A stretch of DNA of 63,999 nt, counting the filler, from Folioceros fuciformis (Eukaryota), in the NCBI GenBank assembly GCA_049999805.1. It is 15 parts of 15 records of this genome, joined end to end, with 100 filler letters (N's around TTAATTAATTAA, not from the genome) between each part and the next. Parts side by side here need not be neighbours in the genome. Positions count along the whole stretch, not along the records: positions 45,922 to 52,308 come from JBNGIO010002642.1; positions 52,409 to 53,574 come from JBNGIO010002644.1; positions 53,675 to 56,491 come from JBNGIO010002645.1; positions 56,592 to 62,895 come from JBNGIO010002646.1; 11 more parts are not named here. One strand, given 5' to 3'. The notes beneath the pieces were generated by a model that worked only from the letters and a program-made list of their open reading frames with translations, did no database searches and was not told where the DNA came from. Both the position numbers and the translations under genes were made by a program. Each line of letters begins with the position of its first letter. Position 1 is the first letter of the stretch. Below, piece after piece: positions 51,901-62,995 of this stretch.

Positions 51901-52280
51901 GTGCTGGGTAGGTTTTGTTTTCTACACAGGACCAAAAACTTTGGGAGTTCAGATACTCTGCTAAGGCAGCAGCTGCAGCATGATACAACTGCCTGGCTAT
52001 TTCAAATTTGAAGTACTACCACTATGCAGCAGAAGGTGGCATATCACAGATAGCTACACAGGGGGCTCTCTACTAACCTGCTCACCCACCACTCCAAGAA
52101 CAGGTACCAGGCTCACATGCACAAGGCAAAAGTTCTCAGTACCTGCATGCAACAACACAAGGTGAAATTACACCCAAAACACTGTTTCACCACAATGCAA
52201 CCCCTGCAGGATCCTGCACTCACCGACACGGAACTGGAATTGTCTGAGAGCTTCTATGAAAGGCATAGATTCGATGTCAC
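48963..52280 (-). CDS. CTPS: CTP synthase, 3' portion, multi-exon (5' end lost at the gap)
   Basis: [23 protein letters not shown]...[20 protein letters not shown]...[47 protein letters not shown]. Stop at 48963. Confidence 0.97.
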
Positions 52281-52408
52281 CTGCCAAGAAAGTAGCCGAG
52301 ACTAGGTANNNNNNNNNNNNNNNNNNNNNNNNNNNNNNNNNNNNNNNNNNNNTTAATTAATTAANNNNNNNNNNNNNNNNNNNNNNNNNNNNNNNNNNNN
52401 NNNNNNNN

Positions 52409-53574
52409 CTATTAAAGCTAGTTTTATTATCTAAGGCTAGTATTTAGTTTATACTTTAGTATTAATATATTTAGAGTATTTATTATTAAGGTATTAATAT
52501 TATAGTTATTCTAGAATATATTCTAAAGATAGTAATAATTTAGATTCTAGGTATACTAAATACCTATATTTCTATATTATAGCTTTTTTCTATCTATAGA
52601 TTTCTTTAAGTTTAATAAAATTAGTAATAAGTTTATTATCTAGTCTAGCTAGCTAATATTCGTAGGCTTTCTTAGCTATATAATAAATAGTATAATTATT
52701 TTCTATATATAATACCTAGAATACTTTAAAGTATATAGAATATTTCTAGTTAAGTTATTTATTATCTATTATTAGAATCTTAAATCTCTAATAATATTAT
52801 TTCTTATATATATTAGTATATACTAGAATCTATCTCTTTACTACTATATAGTTATATTAGTATTAGTCCTCTCTAGTAGCTAGCTTAGTAATTTCTTTCT
52901 AAGTTCTTTAGTTAAGTTATTCTTTAATAAGATAGTATATCTTTTCTACCTATTATTTAAAGTAGTAGAAGCTAGTAGTTATTATATTATATACTTTCTA
53001 TTATAAATAAAGCTATTAAACTATCTTATTTTTATAGTTACTTTTAATAAATTATAGAGCTTTAATATACTTTAAGTCTATTTCTTATAATAAGATAGCT
53101 AGAGTTATAATTTTCTATAGTTATACTTATTCTATATTACTAACTCTAGTAGTTTTAATAATAACTTTTCTTTCTTTTATATTTTAGTATAAAATACTAC
53201 TATCTCTTCTAGAAGTACTAGACTTAACTAGTTCTAGGTCTAATTTTATTTCTTTAAACTTAAAGAATAATAGAATAGATAGAACTTTATTAATTTTACT
53301 TATTATAAATAAGTCTTCTTTATTACTCTCTATAATAGTTATTATAGAGCTTTTACTCTTTTTCTATATTACTATAAGACGTAACTTTTATAGAAACTAA
53401 CTACTTCTTAATTTTTCTAATATATATATCTAATAGTTATTATTATAGTATTCTATCTATAATATTACTTAGTAGTTTTAATTAGTAGCTAGCTTTTCTT
53501 TTACTAGTTTTTTCTAGTCTCTTTATTATTTTTTCTTATTAGCTTATAGCTTAAGCTTTTTACTTAGATAGTTT
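52409..53574. other. Extremely AT-rich contig with a saturated RIP-type mutation signature
   Basis: By eye, no CpA or TpG in 1166 nt. Nearly every C precedes T and nearly every G follows A. TpA is very abundant. Confidence 0.85.
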
Positions 53575-55063
53575 NNNNNNNNNNNNNNNNNNNNNNNNNN
53601 NNNNNNNNNNNNNNNNNNTTAATTAATTAANNNNNNNNNNNNNNNNNNNNNNNNNNNNNNNNNNNNNNNNNNNNAATCCACTACTCAGAATCGGAGTGAA
53701 AATCGTTGAGGGGTTGCATTGCAGTATGAGCATGAGTGATTGGTCATCTTAGCATGCCGCACCGGGGCTAGGTGGAGAACTTACTACGACTTGCAAACCC
53801 AGCCGCTGTGCTTGCAGAATCGAGATTAGGCTCACAAACCCTAGAGCTTAGGCAGGCAAGTTCACAAGTGTCGTGGTGCTCTGTCGCGGGCATCAGCACG
53901 ACGTCGATGGACGACAGCGCTAGACGATGAGCTGAGGCAGTCAGCTCAAGTGCCAGGGGAATCCCGGCAAGCTGTGTGACCCGTCGCGGGCACCTGGGCA
54001 GCGTCGGTGCATGGAGGTGCTGAGCAGCAGGCTGGTGGACAACGGCGGATGGACGTGTGCGTGAGTGACAGAAGCCGGGAAGGAGAGACTCAGTTAGCAC
54101 AAGATGAGGATGTCCATGAACTCGAACCGAACCGACTGTGGAGAAGGCCCGCTCACGGAGCTGAGGAGGCAATTGTACAGTCTGTGATCTGCAGGGGGAG
54201 GACACCCAGGTGAGCCCGAACCTATCCAGTCGTGAGCTGGAGCTGGGGATCGGTAGATCGCATGTGTGGGAGACAACGTCTGTGTGCACGCAAGGCCATC
54301 GTCGCGGCTTTCAGGACTGAGGAGCCAAGGATCGCGACGCAGTGCCAGGATCATGACATCGAGCTTGGATTTCGACGAGGTGCTTGGACTATGACACTGT
54401 GACTGACTCGTGGTGTGGCGCTTGGATCACAAAGTTGTGCCTGGACCTCAACGCTGCGACTGGATTATGCAGCTGAGCCTGGATCGTAGCATTGTCTTGG
54501 ACGTGTGCAGGCTGTGAGCAATGGAGGGGACTTGAGCCACGGACAAAGCAGTGAAGGCGGGGACAAGCACTGCCAACACTGTTTGTGGAGGACACCACCG
54601 GGATCAGGATCAACTCTTGCGAGGCTTTCATGGGGACACCGACATAAGCAGTAATGTGTGTTGAATGATTGAGGGTCAGCCAGTTGATACATACAACTGC
54701 TCCGGCTGGACATCACTAGAACATGTCGTGAGGCTGTGTGATAACGTTTTCGTATGAGATATCACTTCTAACAACTATCCTGAACTTTGTGGCCATCGAT
54801 TTGGTGTGCTGCGAGTTTTTGTCCATAATCATATATGGTTCTGGCTGTGTGCACAAAGAGATGCCCGCTCTTCTTTATTAGGATCAGGGTGTGGACTCAT
54901 CGTGCTAAAGTGTTGGTGAGCTAAGAGAAGGACAAGATACTCACCTTGCTGGGTGTCTGGTTGAGTGTGGTACACCGACTACTGAGCTGTAAGTATTGGT
55001 TTGGCCTAGACCCTGAATGAGCGGAACTTCAGGCTAGTGGACACTTGGCTGTCAATAGCGTAG

Positions 55064-55219
55064 TGTGGAGGCAAAACCCCGGGCACTGATTACCAATGGG
55101 TTCCACCTTTAGTGGCCACACTTATCTCACTATCGTTGAGACATTGGGTTTCGTTCCCATGAAGGAGCGATGGGGTTCCTTGCTGCTGTGGATGGAGGGT
55201 CGGACTTGATCCACTCGAT
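55064..55219 (+). mobile_element. TGTGGAGG LTR family, truncated copy 3
   Basis: Matches 7957-8112. Confidence 0.85.
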
Positions 55220-55259
55220 CAGCCCTGACAGTCGGGACTAGAATGTTTTCAAGTCCATT

Positions 55260-55583
55260 GTTGCTTCCCATTTGTCTTTCTACAAAAGCTGATGTTAAAC
55301 ACACATTAGATTGGTACTTAGACACAGGTGCCACTACGCATATTTGTTTTAACAGAAATGCTTTTAGCACATACAGGTCTGTTCCAGATCAGTGTGTCTA
55401 CCTTGGAGATGACAGATCTCTTGTTGCACCTGGTCGAGGCACAGTTGAGTTGACAGTGCCTTTTGGCATCAAATTGCTTCTCAAGGATGTCTACTATGGG
55501 CCTGACATGACTAGAAACTTGATCTCAGTCAAGCGTTTAAATGATGATAACAATAGTCACGTTGTTTTTACTAGAACAGATTG
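55260..55583 (+). mobile_element. Ty1/copia protease fragment
   Basis: WYLDTGATTHIC...GRGTV...DVYYGPDMTRNLISV. Confidence 0.88.
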
Positions 55584-56491
55584 TGTAGGGTTATTAAAGC
55601 CCAATGTGCCTAGACTAATGTGTTTAGTCTAAGGTTAGTGTCTAGTTAAGTATCATTAGTTTAGATTAGCTTAAGCTAATCTCTAGGAAGCTTCTTGTGC
55701 AGCTTCCTATGGGCTTCTTGTGAAGCTTCCTAGGGAGCTCTTCTAGAGGGTATAAATACCCCCTTGAGCTCCCTTGTATGTGACTCTATTGTGAGAGTTT
55801 GACCTCTCTTTCTCCTCTTCTCCTTGCCTCCTCCTCTCCTTCTCCATGTAGCTCTTACAGCGTTCCTTTCAAGTGGTATCAGAGCCTGGTTGTGGAACTC
55901 AAGTGGTGGAGCGAGATGGGCATGTCTGAAGATGTCACAGACAAAGATCTGTGACAAAGGACATCTGGGAGGAGAACTGAGCTCCGAGAGCGAGGGAGCC
56001 GAAAGCTCGAGGTGCCGGGAGTCCGAGGCACCGGGAGGGTGCTGTCAGGGGCATTTGCCCCAAGGCGCCATCGGCACCGCAGGTGCCCAAGCCGGAGGCC
56101 CGCCCATCGTGCGCCCCAACTGCCAGTCCGCAAGGGGCGGGCGAGCCCCGCAGCCGGGGGCGTAACCCCGGGCGGGGCGCCAGCCCGGAGTGCGCTGGCG
56201 GGCGCGCAAGCCGCTAGCTAGCTGGCGAGGGCGCCCGACCAGGAGCGCCTGGCAGCTCGGCCGGGGCGCTAGCTCTGGCGAACGCGCAAGCCGCCAACCA
56301 GCCAGAGCGGCAGGAGCACAGACGGCCAGCCCGCCAACACCGCAGGCGCGAGCGAGCCAGGGCGAAGCCAGAGTTCGATAGGCAGGCCGGCGGACGCCAT
56401 TCTCTCGGACAAGCGAGGCCACGAACCAAATCACGTGCTGTCGTCACATGTGAAAGGCGCAAACGCTGGGTACTAGATTGCAAGTGCTGGA
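55584..56491 (+). mobile_element. 5' end of an LTR retrotransposon inserted in the copia fragment: LTR ~55584-55871, PBS 55874-55885, GC-rich leader
   Basis: TGTAGG...TATAAATA...TTTCA-AG-TGGTATCAGAGC. Confidence 0.8.
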
Positions 56492-56591
56492 NNNNNNNNN
56501 NNNNNNNNNNNNNNNNNNNNNNNNNNNNNNNNNNNTTAATTAATTAANNNNNNNNNNNNNNNNNNNNNNNNNNNNNNNNNNNNNNNNNNNN

Positions 56592-57965
56592 TGTTTGAAA
56601 TTCTCTCTTCTTGCTTTACGCGACATTCAAGTTACCTCAATAGAAGTGTTGCACCTTCTCAAGCTTTTTTATCAAGTCTTAAGAAATTCAACAATTATGT
56701 TATGCAAGCATATCATACGTCCCGACAACTTGGAGTATGTTGTTAGTAATTTGGCTAAAAAGCGAGCATCCTTGCTAGTTGCCTTTAGAGGCGTTGGTCT
56801 TTCGGCGATGAAGTCCTCTGCTCCAATTGCTTGCCTTGGTAGTTGGGTCTTCTTAGCTCCAATTTTAGCCTTTCATTTCATGCCTTAGGATTCCCCTTTC
56901 AACATGATATCATCTAAGGTATTGAGGAGGGGTTTTCCCTTTATAGATGTCTCTCAGGTAAGCAAGGGTCTCTTTACCTATACATGCTTGGGAGGCCTTG
57001 CCTTCTTTTATCCTAAACTCTAGGGAAGGGTTTGGAGATCTTCAAGGCTCCCTCCTAGAAAAGTAATCCACACAATGCTAAGGGCCCTTCTATTGGACTC
57101 ATCCACCCCTAGGTCTTTTTAGGCTCAAGTTCGCTCTTGTTTACGTAAAAGAGCGGGCTCTTGGCTTTGGCTCGACCATGCATTTAGACGTTTTGAATTG
57201 CATAAGCAAATTTTACAACCTTGATAAAATTCTAGTTGGGATTGGCTCACACTATGGCTTTTTTTCTCTCTACATGTGGTTGTGAGGTTGCCATCATTGA
57301 TTCAACGTACTATTTGGTACAGTGTCCCATTAGAGGGCACCGCATTGCTACCTATGATGTAGTATGCAATATTATGTTCTCAATGACTAAGGAGCTTGAT
57401 TTTCTTTTGTACATGGAGCATCTATATATTTTGTGCAAAGGGGTTTCGTTTTTTCATACAGGGAACATGATTGTGTCATTGGTGTGGTTGTTGTGAATTC
57501 CACTAGGGATTCGCATTGCTACCCATAATGTAGTGTGCAATATTATGTTCACAATGGCTAGGGAGCTTGATTTTCTTTTGTACATGGAGCATCTGTATAT
57601 TTTCTGCAAAGGGGTTTCGTTTAGAGGTGACCATTTTTCATTCTGGGGAACATGATTGTGTCATTGCTGTGGTTGTTATGAATTCCACAAGGGATCTGAT
57701 TTGGTAGCACATCACTATCAAGAGGCTCCCATAGAGGACAAGCATGTTTTCATCCCCCTCCCCCTTAAGACACGTGGAGCCATGGGCAAGGACTTTTCCA
57801 GGGCCATGGGCAAGGACTTTTCCAAGGGGCCATGGGCAAGGACTTGGAAGGGGACATGGGCAAGGACTTGGAAGGGGCCATGGGCAAGAACTTGGAAGGG
57901 GCCATGGGCAAGGACTTTTTCAAGTCTTCTTTCGACAACACGTCCTTGCAAAGAGTTGGCCAATG
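56592..57965 (+). mobile_element. Second, more decayed CRE-like non-LTR element (3' part)
   Basis: Collinear with the minus strand of 14630-15800: GVGL, STCGCE...CPIRGHRIAT, KHVFIPLPLKTRGAMGKDF. Confidence 0.85.
57780..57922. repeat. ~24-bp minisatellite x6 inside the CRE copy
   Basis: CATGGGCAAG starts at 57781, 57805, 57831, 57855, 57879 and 57903. Confidence 0.92.
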
Positions 57966-58131
57966 CAAAAGAGAAGCTTTGACCAATGTGGTTTTCGCCT
58001 GGCCCTTTTCCAGTTGTTCCTCCTCATCTCCTTTTCAATAATCCATATCACATATCTCTCAAGTTAAACAGAATGGACATAAGGGTTGCAAAGTTTTAGT
58101 GTTCTCCAATTATAAACCTATAAAAAAAAAA

Positions 58132-58235
58132 CCTTGTTCCATGTGCCCTAACGTGAGAAATAAAAATGATCTTTGTTCCATGTTTCTTAACATGAAAAAT
58201 AAAAATAAGCCTTGTTCCATGTTTCTTAACATGAG
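58132..58235. repeat. 39-bp tandem repeat, ~2.6 copies
   Basis: TTGTTCCATG at 58134, 58173 and 58212. Confidence 0.85.
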
Positions 58236-58436
58236 TACAAAGATAACCGTATCTATGGACACCCAAAATGTTGTACCCGCTCAGTCAGTACATGTAACTT
58301 GCTATTTACAGATATAAATCCCAACCCGACCCGCAACTTCTGTTAAGTAACTCAACTTGTTAGAAGGATGCTTATGATGGAACAAGTCACCTACAAAATT
58401 TGCTGAATTGAATGTTGCATCCTACTGTAGAAACTG

Positions 58437-60142
58437 TTACGCAGTTCCCAATTTCTTTGCATCGTGTTCTTGAAACCAAGGATGCACTGCACAAGAGGAG
58501 GAGGATTTACTAATTGCTTGACAACGTTTCCATTCATCTTCTTTGCTAGTAGCGTGGATTGCTAACAGAGAGACAAGATGGGAGGAAACGGCTACTCACA
58601 AAGTGCTTCAGGCGCCGTTATCCTGCGAGTCGGATCCTTGTCCAGCATTTTCTGGATAAGGTCTTTAGCGTTAGCAGATACACCAACCCATTCCCGGGAG
58701 GAGAAGTCCACCGATTTATGAAGGACCTGTTCTTTCAAGTCCTGATCAGCGAGGCGGACCAAGGTGAGGTGTGAAATCCCAAGATGATGCCACATGCATG
58801 TCAACCTAATAAAGAGGAGGCTTGAATGAAAGGAGGGAAGAGAAAGTCACCTTCTCCGCAAGTGCTGCAAAGGGAAAGTGGCCAGACAACATGGAGTAGA
58901 GAATGACTCCCAAGCTCCAAACGTCCGCAGCGATGCCATACTGGGCTCCTTTCATAACTTCAGGTGCCATGTACAACAAAGTACCCACCAGGTCCTCAAA
59001 AGGATTGACCACCCCTGCGAGCATGTAATACAGTGTCAAGGTTCGATACGTTGCAAGAACGAGACTGAATGAACAAGAGAGCGGGAGGAGATGCATTCGT
59101 AGGCGGGGCTTAGGAGTATTCACTATGGTTGAAGAAACCCGCTGATCCGAAGTCCACCACTTTCAATGGGTAGTCCTTCTCCGGGAAAGCAAATAAGAAA
59201 TTCTGAACAGGGAAGCCACCAGCTATAAGCACAGAGCGCAGAATGTGGCCGCAAGAAACATTAAATTTTTGTGGCAGCCATGCACGAACCTCAAGCTTAA
59301 GATCCCGGTGACATACACCTTCCTTGTGACATAAACAGATGACAGTGAGCATCTGACGGAGGAGAAAAACGGCGTGCTCTTCATCGAGCCTACCAGCGTT
59401 TTTCACATGATCGAGGAGGGTGCCACCTTCCAAGAATCTGCAGCCACGGAGCAGCAGACTGAGCACCCTGGGCAATTCCTCTCCCATCCCTGCCTCCGGC
59501 GACGGCAATCACAAGTGATGGGGAGGAATTGCAAACTCACTCCATGACGATGTAGAAGAAGTCAGTGTCTTCATAGGCATCAATAAAGCGCACTACGTTG
59601 GGCTGGGTCGCCAACTTCCGCAAGGCTTCAACTTCCGCTCGCACGTCCTCCCCTCGACTGCCCTTCTTCCAGCACTTCATGAGCTGCAACCCCAGTCCAC
59701 AACCACACGCTCGCCATGAATCCACCGAGAAATAAAAACAGCAATTCCAACGAAAAAAACGTCCCGAGCGCACCACCACCACACCCACCTTCGTCTTGCT
59801 CACAACTTTCACTGCCACCTTCTGCGCCGTGTGCAAATCGTACGCCGGGGCGACTGCAGCATACTGTCCATGAGGGCACGTGGCGTTGAGCACGACTTGG
59901 TAACGGAAGTGGAAACCGGGCTTGAATAGTCCTTCGACATGACTGGCACGGCGCCTGTGTGCCGACCCATTCCCCATCCCATTCCCATGCCGATCCGGAC
60001 CCCGATCCACCCGGCCCTTACAAACGGTCTTCTCACGGTGAACCCTGAAGTGATGGCAACCTGCAGGCATCGGGCTCCGCGGGCTCACACCACGCTCTTC
60101 CATCACCACAGGACGCTCATGATGACAATTCACCATCCCCAT
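58437..60142 (-). CDS. CDPK-superfamily (CAMK group) Ser/Thr kinase without a calmodulin-like domain, multi-exon
   Basis: VAVK, EVEALR, PNVV, YIVME, HRDLKLE/NFLF, VVDFG, GTLLYMAPE, DVWSLGVILY, RRITAPEAL/LHPW. Stop at 58437. Start codon inferred. Confidence 0.9.
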
Positions 60143-62342
60143 GACCCTGACGACGGTCCGTCACCTCCCTCCTCCTCCTCACCCCCGGCCCCGGCTCCGG
60201 CTGCGCACCTGCAAGCCCTCACAACCTGCCTCGCGCATGAGCCTTCCTGTGTCCTGGGCACCACGAATTTCGCACCACCGAGCCAACAGCCCAGCCCAGC
60301 GTACTAAAGCAGCCTCAGGCACAGCTCCAGCCCCAGACTCGGCTCCCCCTCGAAGTACCCTGCTTCGCACAGAGGCAGACAGCCCCTGCCCTGAACAGCA
60401 GCAACTCCAGCCCCGGTTCGCCTCCTCCGATCAGCCATACATGCGCAGCACGGAGGGTCCTTCCCGGCCCAGCCAACGTCAATTAAAAAGCGCATTCCGA
60501 CAGCAGAGAGGGGGAACCAGCAGAAGGGAGCGAGTCGCAGAACGGCGGTCTGGATCGCTTCTCTCCCACACCCTGCCCACCCGAAGTCAACATCGGCTGG
60601 GGCCAAGCAGAGGGACAAGAAGAGCCGTGCGTCCGATTCCGAACGCTCGCATGCGAGCTCGCAGACCGGCAGAATCCGTGTCCCGCCCGATCCTGCTCCC
60701 TCCAGGCGAACATGGGAGGAAAAACGCGGGACTGGACCAGCGACGAACACAGGACTTGGACTGTCAGACCAGGCCGCCCATGCAGCTGGTAGACGCCAAG
60801 GGATCGGGAAAGCAGAGAAACGAGCAGAGAGACACAGCGCTGCTAGGCCGTGTAGCTATGCTAGGTGGGCTAAACACTCGTTTCGCCACTCCAGCACCAT
60901 CATAAACTACTGTTGTGCCCTCCTCCTCCACTTTTTTTTATCATCTCCTACGTTAGACCGGGTCCAACCTCAGTCCCGGCTTCCAAATCAGCCAGGGCTG
61001 GGCTTCCACCCTTGGAAGGCTGGAACCGGAATGTTTGTACAGACAATGCCATGTATCGTTGCCTTAACCGTTTCTATATTTAGCACTTGCTTGCGACACT
61101 CCGTTCGTGTGCACATCAGAAGAGCTTCTGTCTGCACATATGGTGCGCATAGTGGACGGGGTTTCGCTCACTCCCGCCCTGTCTCGGACTCCTCCAGCCT
61201 TTGGCAACAGCGGCTGCCCATTTGTGCCAAGGGCGTCTGCTCGCCAGGCGGCGTCTCTTGGGAGTGCCTGGAAGAGGGCTATCACGTCCTGGCCATCGAG
61301 GATCCTTAGTTGCTTGCCTTGCATGGACTAGGGCGAGGCGAACCGTGAGCTCAGGTTCTGATGGTTGCCCGTTCCCTGAAATCAGCTGTGTCAGCAGCAG
61401 CCCTACCGGGAGTTGGACACGTACTCGATGCGCGAGAAAGAGCGGAAAGAGGGGGAGTGGAGAGGTCTGGAATGGAATGCTGGCTGGCTGGGAGTCAGCA
61501 TGGATGAGGCGGGGGAGAAATCCGGAATGTGGACTTCAAGGGTGTTACACGTACACGGGAGAAAGAATTGCGCCGGCAAAACGCTCTCCGACTTGCACTT
61601 GAAGTGCCATGCGGGATGGGAAAACGTGCTTGGGGTTCTTGACCCAGCAGCAGCTTAAGTAACCCAACACCGTCTTTGAACCTGTCAACATGGGGCGCAC
61701 GGTGTCGGTGACGAGTGTGCGCAACCTGTCAAACTCACACAAGAAGGGAAGGACAGGTGCAAGCACCAGTTCCTGTTGGTACCTAAAAGATGCCACCGGC
61801 AGCATCATGTAGTAGCTCTGCTGTCAGCACTAGTAGTGCCCGGTCTATTCCTTCAGTATCTCCACCAGGAACACCCGTTCTGCGGTGAGCTATCCTGTCA
61901 GACCCATCCGGTGACACGCATGGTAAGCGACTCATTTGGCCTTGGCCTTGCACACAACGAGAAGTGGCACACATGCGTGCCCTGAAACGAACGTGCCAAT
62001 ATTCACAACACTCTCAGCGAGTTGAACTTGTACATTTGGCCATCACGGCGTACGCACCTCACAAGTGCCAAAGATCCATTTCCCGTCTTACGGAGCAGCG
62101 ACCTCTCCAGCGAGAGAACTGGTTTCACCTTTTCGGCAACGACACCTTGCGGAAAGTTCTCCGTCGCAGCCTCCCATGAGCTAGTAGTGAGTCCCGCGGT
62201 CCTCCAAAGCTTGAAACTTACGTCCCCAAGACTTGACACCAACTCTGATTGACCAATACAGCTTCCACCTGCCCGACCAGGCAAGCCTTCCTTTCCTTTC
62301 AAGTCCTCCACCTAACAACACCTCCTCTCCTCTCACCAGAGG

Positions 62343-62895
62343 CTAGTACTCATCAGCACTGAAGGGTTCAAAATCCATGTCAAGAGAGGGAATATCTAGG
62401 TTCTCCTCAGGAAACAGCACGCTGCGGCATACAGGGCACATACAGTTTCCAGAAGCCAGCCACGGATCTATACACATGGAGTGGAAGAAGTGCACGCAGA
62501 TTGGTGCTAGCTGACAGACTTGATCATCTTCCTCGAAATCCTCCAAACAAATAGGGCAAGCATTGTTTTCCAGCGCATACTTCTTGCCTGCGAGTGGTAC
62601 GTCACGGGCCTTGTAGTCGGAAGCCGTGGACAAGAACACTCCCTCCTCCTCCTCCTCCTCCCCTGCTGGGTTCACCACCGCCTTCCCCTCCTCATCTTCC
62701 CTTGCAGGCTCCACCACTGCCTTCCCCTTCTCCTCCTCCCTTGCAGGCTCCACCACCGCCTTCCCCTTCTCCTCCTTAAGTACAAGCTCCACCACCGCCT
62801 TCCTCTTCTCCTCCTCCCTTGCAGGCTCCACCACCGCCTTCCCCTTCTCCTCCTTAAGTACAAGCTCCACCACCGCCTTCCTCTTCTCCTCCTCC
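62343..62895 (-). CDS. RING-H2 zinc-finger protein (E3 ligase type) with acidic tandem repeats; 5' end lost at the gap
   Basis: CPIC...C-x-HFFH-xx-CIDPW...CPVCR, preceded by repeated EEKGKAVVE units. Confidence 0.88.
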
Positions 62896-62995
62896 NNNNN
62901 NNNNNNNNNNNNNNNNNNNNNNNNNNNNNNNNNNNNNNNTTAATTAATTAANNNNNNNNNNNNNNNNNNNNNNNNNNNNNNNNNNNNNNNNNNNN

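Noticed and set aside
52409-53574. Organellar or bisulfite-converted DNA
   Set aside because: Organelle DNA retains CA/TG. Bisulfite conversion depletes C on one strand, whereas here C and G losses are symmetric and context-specific.
57780-57922. CRISPR array
   Set aside because: Head-to-tail units with no unique spacers, derived from TE coding sequence, with no cas genes and a eukaryotic context.
60141-60905. 254-aa plus-strand ORF as a gene
   Set aside because: Low-complexity sequence antisense to the kinase 5' region, with no recognisable motif.
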